Shown piece after piece: positions 37,637-50,467 of a DNA stretch of 64,000 bases. How positions within the stretch are numbered: the stretch's first letter is position 1; each line of letters opens with the position of its first letter. The notes below the pieces were generated by a model that saw only the letters and a list, made by a program, of their open reading frames with translations, was not told the origin of the DNA and did no database searches. This stretch comes from Octopus bimaculoides (lineage: Eukaryota), in assembly GCF_001194135.2 (NCBI RefSeq), contig NC_068981.1, positions 167,028,981 through 167,092,980 of the forward strand, given 5' to 3'. Both the position numbers and the translations under genes were made by a program.

Positions 37637-38020
37637 CTACTTGTTTCAGTCATTTTACTGCAGGCCATGCTGAAGCACTGCTTTGAAGGGTTTTAACCGA
37701 ACAAATCGACACCAGGACTTATTTCTTTAAGCCTAGTACTTATTCTATCAGTCTCGTTTGCCTAAATGCTGAGTTACAGGAATGTAAACACACCAACACT
37801 GGTTGTCAAATGGCGATGGGAGGACAAACACAGATACAAAGACACACACACATATATATACATGATGGGCTTCTTTCAGTTTCCATCCACCGAATTCACT
37901 CACTTTGGTTGACCTGAGGCTATAGTAGAAGATACTGGCCCAAGGTGCCATGCAGTGGGACTGAACCTGGATCCATGTGGTTAGGAAGCAAGCTTCTTAT
38001 CACACTGCCACGCCTGCACT
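37637..38020 (-). mobile_element. SINE family A
   Basis: Full-length reverse-complement copy in intron 4. Confidence 0.85.
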
Positions 38021-38982
38021 TATGTGTTCTTGTGGTAGTATTTTCCCAAATTAAAGTCTAGACTTGGAAAACAAGAAAGGCTTGAAAATATAGTCAGGTG
38101 GGCAAGTGTTTTCATAACATTGAGTTGACCAATGCCTTGGGAGATAAATTTAGCAGGTGGAAGCTCTGTGGAAGCCCATCCTGAATGTGTGTGTGTGTGT
38201 GTGTGTGTGTAAATTAGTCCACTGAACAATAGCTTGAAATATCTAAGTGATGAGTAAGATGGTGAGCTGACAGAATTTTAAAAGCACCAGCAAAATGCTA
38301 ATGGCATTTCATCCACCTCTATGTTCTGAGTTCAAATTCTACTGAGGTCGACTTTGCCTTTTTATCCTTTTGGGGCCAATAAAATAAGTATCAGTTGAGC
38401 ACTGGGGTTGATGTAATCAACAGGCTCCCTCTGTCGAAATTACTGGCCGCGTGTCAAAACGTGAAAACAATATTTAAGTAACAAGTTATGTCCCTTTATG
38501 ACATTCATTAAATATAGATAGATATACCAAAGTACCAGGAGCAATATAATCAATCAAAACTGTTGACGCTCAGCATTTTGCCCGGTATACTAATGTTTCT
38601 ACCAGCTCACCGCCTTCTGAAGCAGAAATATTGTTATAGCAAATATTCTGCTCAATACCACAGACCTGCTTGTCAGTTGCTTGACTTTAACCACTTGAGC
38701 GTTTCCCTTAGTGGCTGGCAATATGTGCGTCTCTGATCACAAGCAGAAGTAGTGGGGGAGCATCATAGCTGTGTGTAGAGGATTCTTTGGGGTTTGAATA
38801 AATATAACAAAAGTAAAGTTTGAAGGAAGTATTAGCTATTTTCCATACTTTCTAGGGGTAAGCTAATAGGAAATAACAGTTGCTACCCAAGGACAAAAAT
38901 CATATTATACTGTGTAATGGACAAATTAACAGATTTGGTTATGTCATTGCTGAAGAAGAAAACAGATAAAAAATGGACTTAC

Positions 38983-39174
38983 CTAGGGTACAAAAGAAAC
39001 TCGACCTTGAATTGCAAGGGCAGGACAGGCAATAGCCATCTTTTTCATAGAAAAAGTGCTTACATTGATGACAAAACAAACCAGTATATCCTTCCCGACA
39101 GGGACATATCTCTAAGGAATTCAGGTCACATTTCTCACCGCCAGGTTTAACTCCAGGAGAGTGACAAGAACAAA
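38983..39174 (-). CDS. MEGF9: MEGF9-like exon 4: laminin-type EGF
   Basis: tttcAG|TT; (V)CSCHSPGVKPGGEKCDLNSLEICPCREGYTGLFCHQCKHFFYEKDGYCLSCPCNSRSSFFCTL; donor CTAG|GTaagt; 192 nt, phase 1-1. Confidence 0.92.
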
Positions 39175-40915
39175 CTGAAATATTAGACAATGTCAGATTT
39201 TGAAATAAGAGCAATTGTGTAAAAGTGAATGCCAGACAAAGAAATATAAAAAAAAAAAGAAAGAAAAATCCTCAAAAATAAAGAAGAAATGTGTAATTAT
39301 TAAGTATTTGGTTTACTGACAAATTACTAGAAACAAACCTTATCTTTGTTGTTAAACAACAAACTGGGGAACATTAAACATTGTGCATGAATGACTGTCT
39401 GGTAAGAAGTTTGCTTCTGAACTACATGGTCCTGGGTCCAGTTCCATAGTGTGGAACCTTGGGCCATAGTCTTATGTCATAGCCCCAAGCTGGCAAAAGC
39501 CTTGTGAGTGGATTTGGTAGATAGAAACGAAAAGAAGCCTGTCATATGTGTGTGGGAGGGGGGGATGTCTCCTTGTCTTGACACTGCAAGAATGTCTGGC
39601 CATGGGTAAATATTACCTTATTTAGAAACAACCATATTCATTTTAAAACTATAGATATAGTATCTTAGAGAGATTGGTCAAGAAATATGCAGCTTAAAAC
39701 TATAGATAAACTACATATTTTTAAGGGTGATAAGAAAATAAATACAGTTTTCCATATTAACAGGGGCTGGATAGTTTTGTTATCCAGCCATATTTGGTGT
39801 ACTGGGTTCATGGGTACACTGGATATTTGGGAACAAAAACAAAACATGAAAAATAACAACGATACCAAATCAACATACTCCCAGAAAAATGGTACGCATG
39901 CTCAGAAATGTTACACAATGTCAGATTTTGAAATAAGAGCAATTGTGTAAAAGTGAATGTCAGACAAAGAAATACAAAAAAGAAGAAAAAAACCCTCAAA
40001 AATAAAGAAGAAATGTGTAATTATTCAGTATTTGGCTTACTGACAAATTACTAGAAACAAACCTTATATTTGGCCACATCATATCTTGACCAATTTCTCT
40101 AAGATATTATATCTATAGTTTTAAAATGAATATGGTTGTTTCCAAATAAAGCAATATTTACCCATGGCCAGACATATAATTCGACAAAATTATCCCTAAG
40201 TCAGCTTCTACATGCCAGGATCAGATGATTCCTGCTTGTGCCACCTACCACTGCAGCTCCCAGACAGTAAGGCTAAAGTCAATCCCCCACCAATAATTCC
40301 ACACTCCAGGGGATTCAAATCAGGAGAGTAAGAGAGTCAAACGATCATAGAAAATATTGTGATCTTGGATTTAATTCGCGCTCTCCTCATAACAAAGCAT
40401 TTGTATTAGATGTCCCTGTGCACCACAAGTGAAAACGTGAACTTCACAAACTGTTTAGCAATGGCTTTCATCAACCAGCTGGAGTCATTGTTAATGATGT
40501 ACTGGACTTACTGGATGAACCCAGCCATTCTGGAGCCTGGTGTCGCCTCCTGGCCCACCAGTCCTCAGTCAAATCGTCCAACCCATGCTAGCATGGAAAG
40601 CGGATGTTAAACGATGATGATGATGATGAATGTGAATAAGGATTACATTTAACAGAGTAACCAGAATTTGGCTTATTTTTACTAGGTACAAGGAGGATCC
40701 ATGCAGAGAAAGAGGTACAGTTTATCAAGTTGAGAATTTTTCCCAAAGACCAACCTAAATTATCTATTTGAACATTTCAATTCAGAATCATAGAACTCAT
40801 ATCATCAAACAAANNNNNNNNNNNNNNNNNNNNNNNNNNNNNNNNNNNNNNNNNNNNNNNNNNNNNNNNNNNNNNNNNNNNNNNNNNNNNNNNNNNNNNN
40901 NNNNNNNNNNNNNNN

Positions 40916-41003
40916 GATACATAAATAGAGTAAAATGTGTTATTGAGAAGACCTTCAAGGCAAAACCATGTGACATCTGCTTTCACAGTTTTTGTGATGC
41001 TGG
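40916..41003 (-). CDS. MEGF9: MEGF9-like exon 3 (partial, runs into N-gap): FN3 strands C'-F
   Basis: Acceptor ttttctttatcaatttcAG|CC, phase 1; (A)SITKTVKADVTWFCLEGLLNNTFYSIYVS matches the FN3 L-x-x-x-T-x-Y-x-I-x-V signature. The donor probably lies in gap 40814-40915. Confidence 0.8.
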
Positions 41004-41077
41004 CTGAAATTGATAAAGAAAATTCCAAGATTGATAAAAAGCAATTTTATTGCTTGCGTGTGTGTGGTGTGTGTGTG

Positions 41078-41118
<41 letters not shown>

Positions 41119-41498
41119 TATTTGATAAGCCTTGTGAATGGATTTGGCAAACAAAAATTGAAAGAAGCCTTTCATATGTGTGTATGTGCATGCGTTACTG
41201 TCTCCCTGCCTTGACATTATACAACAGTCGTAAACAAATGTCACTGTTGTGCGAGTGGTGTCCCTTCATTTCCAATTTCCTGTCTCTGGTCATGGGGAAA
41301 TGTTAACTTGTCTGGAAACAAGTGAGAGTTGGAAAAGGTGAGGCAACCAGCCCTAGAAAATCTGCTTCAAGAAAATTCTGCCTGACCCATATGACTATGG
41401 AAAAGCGAACATTAAACTGATGAGGATGATCATATGATTCCTACCCTGCATTTAGGAAGTTGAGGCAAACATTCTCATGTTTTTTCTAAACATTATTA

Positions 41499-41660
41499 TA
41501 GGTGCAGATATGGCTGTGTAGCAAGAACTTGCTTCCCAACCACATGGTTTCAAGTTCAGTCTAACTGCAAGGCACCTTGAGCAAGTGTCTTTTACTATAG
41601 CCTCAAGCCGACCAAAAACTTGTGATTGGATATAGTAGATGGAAAGAAGATTGTCGTGTG

Positions 41661-41707
<47 letters not shown>

Positions 41708-41920
41708 ATGTCTTTGTGTCTGTGTTCTCCTCACCCATCACTGCTTGACAACCAATGTCAGTGTGTTTACGCCCCCCTGTAACTTACCGGTTAGGCAAAA
41801 GAGACCGACAGAACAAGTACTAGGCTTTAAAAAATAGTCCTGGGGTCAATTTGTTCGACTAAAACACCTCAAGGTGGTGCTCCAGTATGGCCGTAGTCAA
41901 ATGACTGAAATAAGTAAAAT
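41499..41920 (+). mobile_element. SINE family A with internal (TA)n
   Basis: ataggtgcagatatggctgtg...ggcaccttgagcaagtgtc...gactgaaataagtaaaa. Confidence 0.85.
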
Positions 41921-42701
41921 AACAAAAAAATCACAGAGACAATTGATCAGCAGTTAAGTTCTTTATGATCCAAGGGTTAAGAGCTTGAAATATTAAATTA
42001 AAAACTCAATGTTTTTGTTCAGTGTAGGTTTTCCAAAATATTCATTTATAACTTAAGGATTATCTCTCAAATTTAGAGGTAGGGTATAGTCAATTATACC
42101 AATCCTTATACTTGACTGGCATTTATTTTATCTACCCTAGAGGGACAAAAGGTAATAATGATGTTGGTAGTATTAAAACTCAGAATGTAAAAGATTATAA
42201 GTAAATACTTCATGGGATTTTGTCCGATGTTCAAATGATTCTGCCACACCAGTGCCCTAAATATAAATGATCCAAAATTATTTTGATATAGTTGGAAGAT
42301 TTGGACATAGAAGCAAAAACATCTAAATGCTTGAGATGAATTGTTCTTAAGATTATCAATCTCATTCTCATAAATAAAAGATTATTTTCATTTTATTCAA
42401 GCTCAGTGGTTGAATGGACAGTTTGCCTTGAAATAAAGTTCCTAGTTTGAATCTAGAACATATCAAAGAGTAAAAGCCCTAATGATGATTGTAGATCAAA
42501 TTAGTGTAAATTTTGAAAAACCACTTTCATTTCTAAAGATGAGGTTAAAAAAAAAAAAAAAACAGAAAAAAAAAACACTGCCATCTTGCAGGAACATCAG
42601 GTACCAAATTAGATTCTAAAAATCCTTAATCCAAGTTTACTGTAACCAGCATAATCTTCACCAGCAATCAGGTCAGCTTAGATTAAAACAAAATATTTTA
42701 C

Positions 42702-43106
42702 CTTCATCTGAATCCTTTTGTTTGTATTCAATTATATATTCATGTATATCACCAAATAAACCAATTTTGTTATTAACCATTTCATGGGGGGTTTTGTATG
42801 AGAATCCCTTGTTTACAGAATTCGTACTGTTTTCAGTTGATTGTTGTTCATTTTTTCTAAACTTAACAGGTTTATTTCCTGCTGTTTGATATGATTGATT
42901 TGGTTGACTTTCTTCTGATAATGGAATAGTAAGCTGGTGCAGTAATAAATCATTCGCATCTTTGTCAATATTTGCATGGCTAATATAATTGCTAGGTAGA
43001 AAGTATACAGGACGTTCCCAGATGAGGTAGTATTTATTTGAGGAGTCATTCTCATTGGAAAATTGGAATGCTTCAAGTTCAAATGGAGCCAAGGCAGATG
43101 ATATAG
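42702..43106 (-). CDS. MEGF9: MEGF9-like exon 2: FN3 strands A-C with long insertion
   Basis: Acceptor ttctttacAG|CT; 405 nt, phase 1-1; APFELEAFQF...YYLIWERP...GDIHEYIIEYKQKDSDE; donor GAAG|GTaaaa. Confidence 0.85.
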
Positions 43107-44997
43107 CTGTAAAGAAGAATAAAGAAATAACATAAATGAGAGAAATGAAATCTAACAATGTTCTTTTTAGAAAAAAAAAGAAAAAGAAAAAGACATTTAC
43201 TTCAGAAAATAAGATTACTAGATTGATTGCTCTCGTTATGCCAAGAACACCAGATTTAATACAAGTTTATTACCCAGTATTGTAAATGTTGGTCAGTTTT
43301 GCTATAACAAGTTCATGTCTTTGAAATTCTTTCACCACTTGCAATATAGCAAGTAGAACTTTTCCAATATTTGAAAATATTTTGTAGTCCCTAAGTTTTC
43401 AGTCTGATATTTTAGCAAATATATCAAGTTAAGTGCAAAAGGTACATGGCCTAGTGGTAGGGTGTTGCACTCATGACCACATGATTGTGGTTTTGATTCC
43501 CAGACCAGCAGTGTGTTGTGTTCTTAAGCAAAACATTTCATTTCAATTCTGTCCACTCAACAGTAAATGAGTAACCTTGCGACAGACTGGTGTTCTGTTC
43601 AGAGGTCAGAGGGAATGTTGACTAGCCTGTATGCCTGCCTTGCCAGTGAAGTGGCATCATTCAAAAGCTAAGTCAATGTGAGGAAGCACATTGGGTATAA
43701 GAACATCTGATACTCTGGTTGATGCAGTGGTATCAAGTTAAGTACACAGTGAAAAGTTATTGAAGAGAATTATTTTTGGTCACTAACTGGGACACATTTT
43801 CCCTTGCTTATAGACACATACACATAGTTTTCTATATTGTTAAATCAAAATTTTAACTTTTAAAAATTAATTTTATTAAGAAGATATATTTCTTCATCAT
43901 CTAATTGTACATTTAGTTCTCTGCGCTCGTTTGGCTTCCACATAGCTTCTGTAAACCAAATCCTGCACCACAGGACTAAACTCAGAGCCATATAATTCTT
44001 AAGCAAACTCGTAAACCATGATCAATGCCTATTATTGTGTAGCTCTGATTGAGTAGGCTTTTATCAAAGGTGTTCTGGTAGTGTCTATCCCTTTTATAAG
44101 GTAGCATGATGTGATGGAAATTTGGCTTTTATTTCTAGAAGGTGAAGCAAACCTGTAAAAGTTCTTTTGCTGGCACAAGGGGTTATACAGTCATCATTGT
44201 TAAGACTCTGATCAGACCTGATCAAGCAGACATTTCAGCTATAATCATACTTCTGCTTTCTGCTGTGCAGGAACCCAGAGACACATTATTCAGCATGGAC
44301 ATTTGGCTGCTACTTTTAGCAGGCTGAGTCACCCTGTAGAGTCTCCTTCACTGGCTTAGGTTTTTATAATTGTTGTTGTTTAGCATCAAGTTACTCTCAT
44401 TGAGTAGACTTATGATGAAAGACATTCCAGTCTTGACCATTCCATCTCTTTGCATGTCAAGAGCAATACTGTCCAATATGTCCACCTAGATTTTAGATGG
44501 TGGAGTGCAATTTGAGGGAGATTTGGCTGTTATTTTTAGCAGGTTGAGGGGCCAAGTAGAGGCTTCCTCATTTGCTTGATGATGTATATGCCACATATAT
44601 ATATGATGCAGTACATCCAAGTTTCCCCTCAATACCACCAACTAAACATGAAAGATATTGGATAATGGAGTTCTAGATATAAGCACAGACATGGCTGTGT
44701 GGTAAGAAGCTTGCTTGGTTCTGGGCTCAATCCCACTGTGTGGTACCTTGGGCAAGTATCTTTTAGTATAGTTCCAGGCTGATCATAGCCTTGAGTGTAT
44801 TTGGTAGATGGAAACTAAAAGAAGCCTGTTGTATATGTATGTGTGTGTGTGTGTATTTGTGTTTGTCCCTCACCTTTGCTTGACAACTGGTGCTGGTTTG
44901 TTTACATCTCCATAACTTAGCAGTTTGGCAAAATAGACTGATAGAATAAGTACCAGGCTTAAAAATAAGTACTGGGGTCAATTCTTTTTGATTAGAC

Positions 44998-45376
44998 TAG
45001 TGGTTCTCAATAATTTTTCTTCACTTATGAACCCCTTTGATTTCTTTTTTACTCTGGCAGATTCCTTTAACCATTTTATGTTAAAAAATAAGTTTTATAA
45101 ATACTTCTTTCAAAATTTCTATTTTGTTTTTCACATATTCACTTGTGTAGGTTTGCAATTTTGCAATAGAACTCTAAGAGAACATATTTCAGTGGCCAGA
45201 AACATGCTGAACTATGTAAAGCATTAGAGAAAGAAACCTGGTCGTTTCTTGCAATAAATACACCTAAAGCAAAAATTTTTTCATAGATCCTTAAAATACG
45301 ATTGTGGATCCCCAACTTACTATTTTGCTTAAGTGGACTCCCAAACATCTTTTTGGACCCCTGTTGAGAACCACTG
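44998..45376. mobile_element. hAT-Charlie-type MITE nested in a family A SINE (44685-45430)
   Basis: TIR tagtggttctcaa / ttgagaaccactg; flanks gattagac / gattatgg (degenerate TSD); SINE sequence resumes after the insertion. Confidence 0.85.
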
Positions 45377-45764
45377 GATTATGGACCCCAGCATAGCCAC
45401 AGCTTAATGACTGAAACAAGTATAAAAGATACAAACTGTCTGAAAAACAGGATGGTCATATCTGGAAAAGCTTTGATTATGATCCTAATCTCAATGTCAA
45501 GGTTATTCTGGGGCTAAAATAACATTTTGCTTAAAATGCAAGGCTTGTCGATAAAGAATTGACAGTAACTGGTTCTTTGATTGCCTTTATCAATGATTAC
45601 TTTGTCGCAAGCATTCAGACTGGATCTTCAGCCTTAGGATAGCATCTTTCCACCAATCTCAGGGGTCTTACAGAAGGGCATGACCTTGAAAGGGCAGGTG
45701 GCCCCAAAGGAGGACATAACCTGAAAGAGGTCATGATTAATGTGTATTTGTGTGTGTGTGTATA

Positions 45765-46262
45765 ATGTTAGATGCAGTGTGCAAGGAAGAATACTGCACT
45801 GGTTTGGTCATGTAATTCAGATGGATATCAATAGCTCCATAAAGAAGTACTGATCACTCAAAGTGGATGGAACTCATGGAAAAGGTAGACCCAGAAGAAC
45901 ATGGGATGAAGTTCTGAAGGATGACTTCAAGACACTGAACCTTTTGTTGGATATGACAAAGGACCAAGATATCTGGTGCCTTGCTGTAGTCAAGAAGACC
46001 TGTCCTCCACAGCAGAAGTGTTAAGGCTGCTTCCCATGATGAAAAGGATTGGCCTGCAAGAGTCATGTGCCAGTACCACATAAAAAACATTTGTGCCAGT
46101 ACCACATTAAAAGCATTCAGCTTTGGCCTTAGGAAGAGCATCCAGTCATAGAAACCAAGGCAAATCAGACTGAAACTTGGTGCAGCTCTCCTGCTTGCCA
46201 TCTTTGGTCAAACTATCCAACCCATGCCAGCATGGAAAATGGACGTTAAAGGATGATGATGA

Positions 46263-46265
<3 letters not shown>
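45765..46265 (+). mobile_element. RTE LINE 3' end plus SINE family B, then (TA)n
   Basis: LHWFGHV...GKGRPRRTWDEVLK; tail cccatgccagcatggaaaatggacgttaaaggatgatgatg. Confidence 0.75.
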
Positions 46266-46314
<49 letters not shown>

Positions 46315-47664
46315 CAAATTTTCAGAAAATAAAAGAGGAAGACAGGTGAAAGAACAACAAGATGCATTAGTTTAATGCTTGGGAAGAATGGAAAAGTCTT
46401 TGATGTTCCAAGCCTACATTCTTTGACAGAAAGGATTGAGAAGGAAAAATGGAGAGAGAACAAAAAAAAAAAAAAATGTGTAGGAATCAGTGGTTCAACA
46501 TGATGAAATGAACCCCTATACAGTTATCACAAGCATATTTTCCTTTCCTTTTTTGCCTAATGAACATTCTTATTATTATCAATCCCCTCTGTGTATGCTA
46601 CAAAGTACATATTTTGCTAACACAAGAGAGCAAAACAATCACATAATAAATGTAACATTCAAACTCAAAAGTTGTGATCTGAAGTAATTTGTCAATTATA
46701 TAAATCTGCTCAAGTGTTTGATATTTAGGTGTGTTGTGTTAAATTTCAGGTTTATAGTAATATAAATCAACTCAGTACTTAATTGGTGCTACACTTTATT
46801 GACCTCAGAAGAATGAAAAGCAAATTTGACCTTGATGGAATTTTGAACAACGAACGTAAAAAACTTTAAATACAATATGGTATTTTGTCCAATGCTCACA
46901 TAATTCTTGTGTATGTCATTTTACTAACATTCTAACCATGTCTATACTGTGTATGTTGGACTTTGAGCTGTAGATTTTAGCATTATTGTGGGACTTCTGA
47001 TAGACCAAAAAGGGGAAAACAATAAAAGAGTATGATGGTATTAATACAATTAATATGAAATTTGCAGTCAGTGCATTCTAAAAATATGTGGTGGAAAGAT
47101 GGCCCTAGGAATAAAGGATTGCATATATTAAGTGCAGAATTTATGGCAATAAATGCTAGCAAGCAGGTGTAAAGTGAGAGAGACAGAGAGAGAGAAACNN
47201 NNNNNNNNNNNNNNNNNNNNNNNNNNNNNNNNNNNNNNNNNNNNNNNNNNNNNNNNNNNNNNNNNNNNNNNNNNNNNNNNNNNNNNNNNNNNNNNNNNNN
47301 NNNNNNNNNNNNNNNNNNNNNNNNNNNNNNNNNNNNNNNNNNNNNNNNNNNNNNNNNNNNNNNNNNNNNNNNNNNNNNNNNNNNNNNNNNNNNNNGGAGA
47401 TAGAGCGGGAGAACAGCAGTTTTAAAATGAAGATTTCATCACAACAAACTAGTCAAGCAACTTATATTTTGATGGTTCAACATTCTCATTTGAATAAGAT
47501 AACACTTCTAATTTTTCACATATGTATAGTTCCCAAGACAAACTCAATTACTAATAATAACTAATTACGTACTAATTAGGGAAGTGGTTCCCAATCTTTA
47601 TGACTTTGTCATATACTGAAAATGAAACAAAAAGCATTACTGGTAAACTTCACATGGGATTTAG

Positions 47665-48058
47665 GCATGGCTGTGTGGTTAAGAAGCCTGCTTGGCAACC
47701 ATACAGCTTTGGGTTGAGTCCCAATACATGACACCTTGGCAAGTGTCTTCTACAATAGCCCCAAGTCGACCAATTGCTTGTGAGTGAATTTGGTAGATGG
47801 CAACTGTGGAAGCCCGTTGTGTGTGTGCATATATGTGTTTGTATATGTCTCCACTTTCACTGCTTGACAACCAGTGTTGGTTTGTTTACACCATGTAACA
47901 TAACGGTTTAACAAAAGAAACCGACAGAATAAGCACCTAACTTAAGAAAAAAAGAACTGGGTGTTAATTGGTTTGACTAAAAACCCTTGAAGCCGGTGCC
48001 CTAGTATGGCCAGTGTCCAATAACTGAAACAAGTACAGGATAAAAGATAAGTTAAAAA
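47665..48058 (+). mobile_element. Older SINE family A copy
   Basis: Diverged full-length copy, tail-to-tail with 48131-48547. Confidence 0.8.
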
Positions 48059-48130
48059 ATAGAAAACTTGTTTATATATTGTTTTGTTAATCCTAATAAA
48101 ATTCTTGTAATATAGAATACAATGTGTTAC

Positions 48131-48547
48131 CTCGTTTACTCTTTTACTTTTACTGGTTTCAGACATTTGACCGTGGCCATGCTGGAGCACCACCTTTAGT
48201 CGAGCAAATTGACCCCAGGACTTATTCTTTGGAAGCCTAGTACTTATTCTATCGGTCTCTTTTTGCCGAACCGCTAAGTTACGGGGACGTAAACACACCA
48301 GCATCGGTTGTCAAGCGATGCTGAGGGGACAAACACAGACACACAAACACACACACATATATATATATATATACATATATACGACGGGCTTCTTTCAGCT
48401 TCCGTCTACCAAATCCACTCACAAGGCTTTGGTCGGCCTGAGGCTATAGTAGAAGACACTTGCCCAAGGTACCACGCAGTGGGACTGAACCTGGAACCAT
48501 GTGGTTGGTAAGCAAGGTACTTACCACACAGCCACTCCTACGCCTAT
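48131..48547 (-). mobile_element. Young SINE family A copy
   Basis: Highly similar to the reverse complement of 50471-50888. Confidence 0.9.
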
Positions 48548-49431
48548 CTATCTATAATGTGCAAGTATTACGAATATGAATTTTCTAGTATAAATCATAT
48601 TATTAAAAATATACAGTGCACCGGGATAACTCTTGTGACATATGGAACACAAAAACATTTCTGTTTGACAAATTTGGTTAACCTTTTCAAATATAATTTC
48701 ATTCAAAACACATTGATGTACAGGTATAATTTCAGTGATGTCACACCATACGCACACATCATTACCATATTTGTTATTCTTATGTGACATAGAGCACTTA
48801 GTGAAGATCAGGATAAATTGGAATGCAACATGTCAAATAAAACTTAAGATAAAGATAAACAAAACAGCTTTTATAGATCTTTATATAAACACACAGGCTA
48901 TATACACATACAGCCATGCACAAGATTGTCCTTTATTAAAACTGGAGCTAAAAGGAGTGCTTCTATGTAGTCAATCTGCTAGAAAGAGAAGCTAAATCTT
49001 CCTTAAATCATACACTGTTACCATAGAAAAGGATACATTCCATGTGTTCCTAGGTTCATTGCTCATAGGAAGACTGGATGTTGCCAGCTGGGATGCCTCT
49101 GATTATAGATCTGCCCCCCCCCCACATTCTTGACCTCTGGTGCAAAAGGAAGTAATCTAAACATGCAACAAAAACAACAAAAATTTCTTATATGACAACA
49201 GAATGTCTGTTCACATACAGACACAAACACACACACTCATATATACACATGTATATATATATAAATACATAGTAAAAGAATACAAATAGTGTGGAAATGT
49301 TCAAATCCTGCTACACATGTTTTCATATCATGGCTGTTCATTTGTTCATTAATGTACTACATGACATGAATTACACAACCAAAATATTTTGTCTAGCATT
49401 TTGAATAACTGACAGGTAAAACTGATATCTA

Positions 49432-49465
<34 letters not shown>

Positions 49466-49565
49466 NNNNNNNNNNNNNNNNNNNNNNNNNNNNNNNNNNN
49501 NNNNNNNNNNNNNNNNNNNNNNNNNNNNNNNNNNNNNNNNNNNNNNNNNNNNNNNNNNNNNNNNN

Positions 49566-49600
<35 letters not shown>

Positions 49601-49689
49601 AGATAAAATAAAAAAGCAAGCTGAGTGTTGAATATAGCAGGCCCTTATCTAAATACTAAACTTGTCTCTGAATTCATTACTGATTTTCA

Positions 49690-50340
49690 TCTTGCTGACT
49701 GCATCTCTGTACATGGCTTGTAATGGCTTTCAAAAGCCACTCATCTACACTTAGTTCCCTTATTGGCCACCAGATTACAAAGTGTGGCATCCTGTTAAAG
49801 GCCTTTTCCAGGTCAACAAAAGTTAAGTATAGTGGCTCAGTCTTAACTAAGTACTTCCCATGCAGGTGGTACCTCTGCTAAGTATAAATATAGTCAAACT
49901 GCATTTCATTTAGGTTAATTCTCAACCCAATTAGTTGAGCTATAACTCTTCTGTAACTTTCATAACTTAGTCCAATAGTCAGATACCGCTGTAATTATCT
50001 CTCTTTAAAGCATCACTATTGCTTTTGCAGCAGTTGGTGATGATACTGGTATACCAGTCATTGGCTAATGCCATTCCTAATCAAATGTGCTATGATTTTT
50101 TTTCAATAACATTCAAGATGCAGTCCAACACTATGATGTCTCTGTAATTGCCTCTTTCTACTGCATCTCTTTTGATCTTGTAGCACTTTACAATGATACT
50201 GCTACACCAGCCATTTGGTATGATACTTCCTGCATTAGCTGATTTACCATTTTAGTGAGTTGCACACACCTTACTTTGCCAATCATTTTCAGTATATCGA
50301 CCACTATTCCTAATAGACAAGCAGCTCCCCAGTCACACTG
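49690..50340 (-). mobile_element. RTE LINE reverse-transcriptase fragment
   Basis: KYLVKTEPLYLTFVDLEKAF..., with a WW...SVDEWLLKA segment, degenerate. Confidence 0.75.
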
Positions 50341-50467
50341 CTGTTAGCTTGGATGCTTGTTTGTCTACATCAGAAGTTCTCAATGAATTTTTGCCTATGG
50401 ATCCCTCTGATTCCTATTTTGCTCAGGTGGAACATCATAACTATTCAATGTTTAAAAAATATTATTA

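Noticed and set aside
39808-39914. Possible decayed duplicate of exon 4
   Set aside because: Similarity is much weaker than in the adjacent duplicated intron; Cys pattern and acceptor are absent.
42600-42701. DLIAGEDY-like FN3 motif just past the exon 2 donor
   Set aside because: It needs a 25-nt intron or two frameshifts; a proper FN3 continuation exists as the exon starting at 41003.
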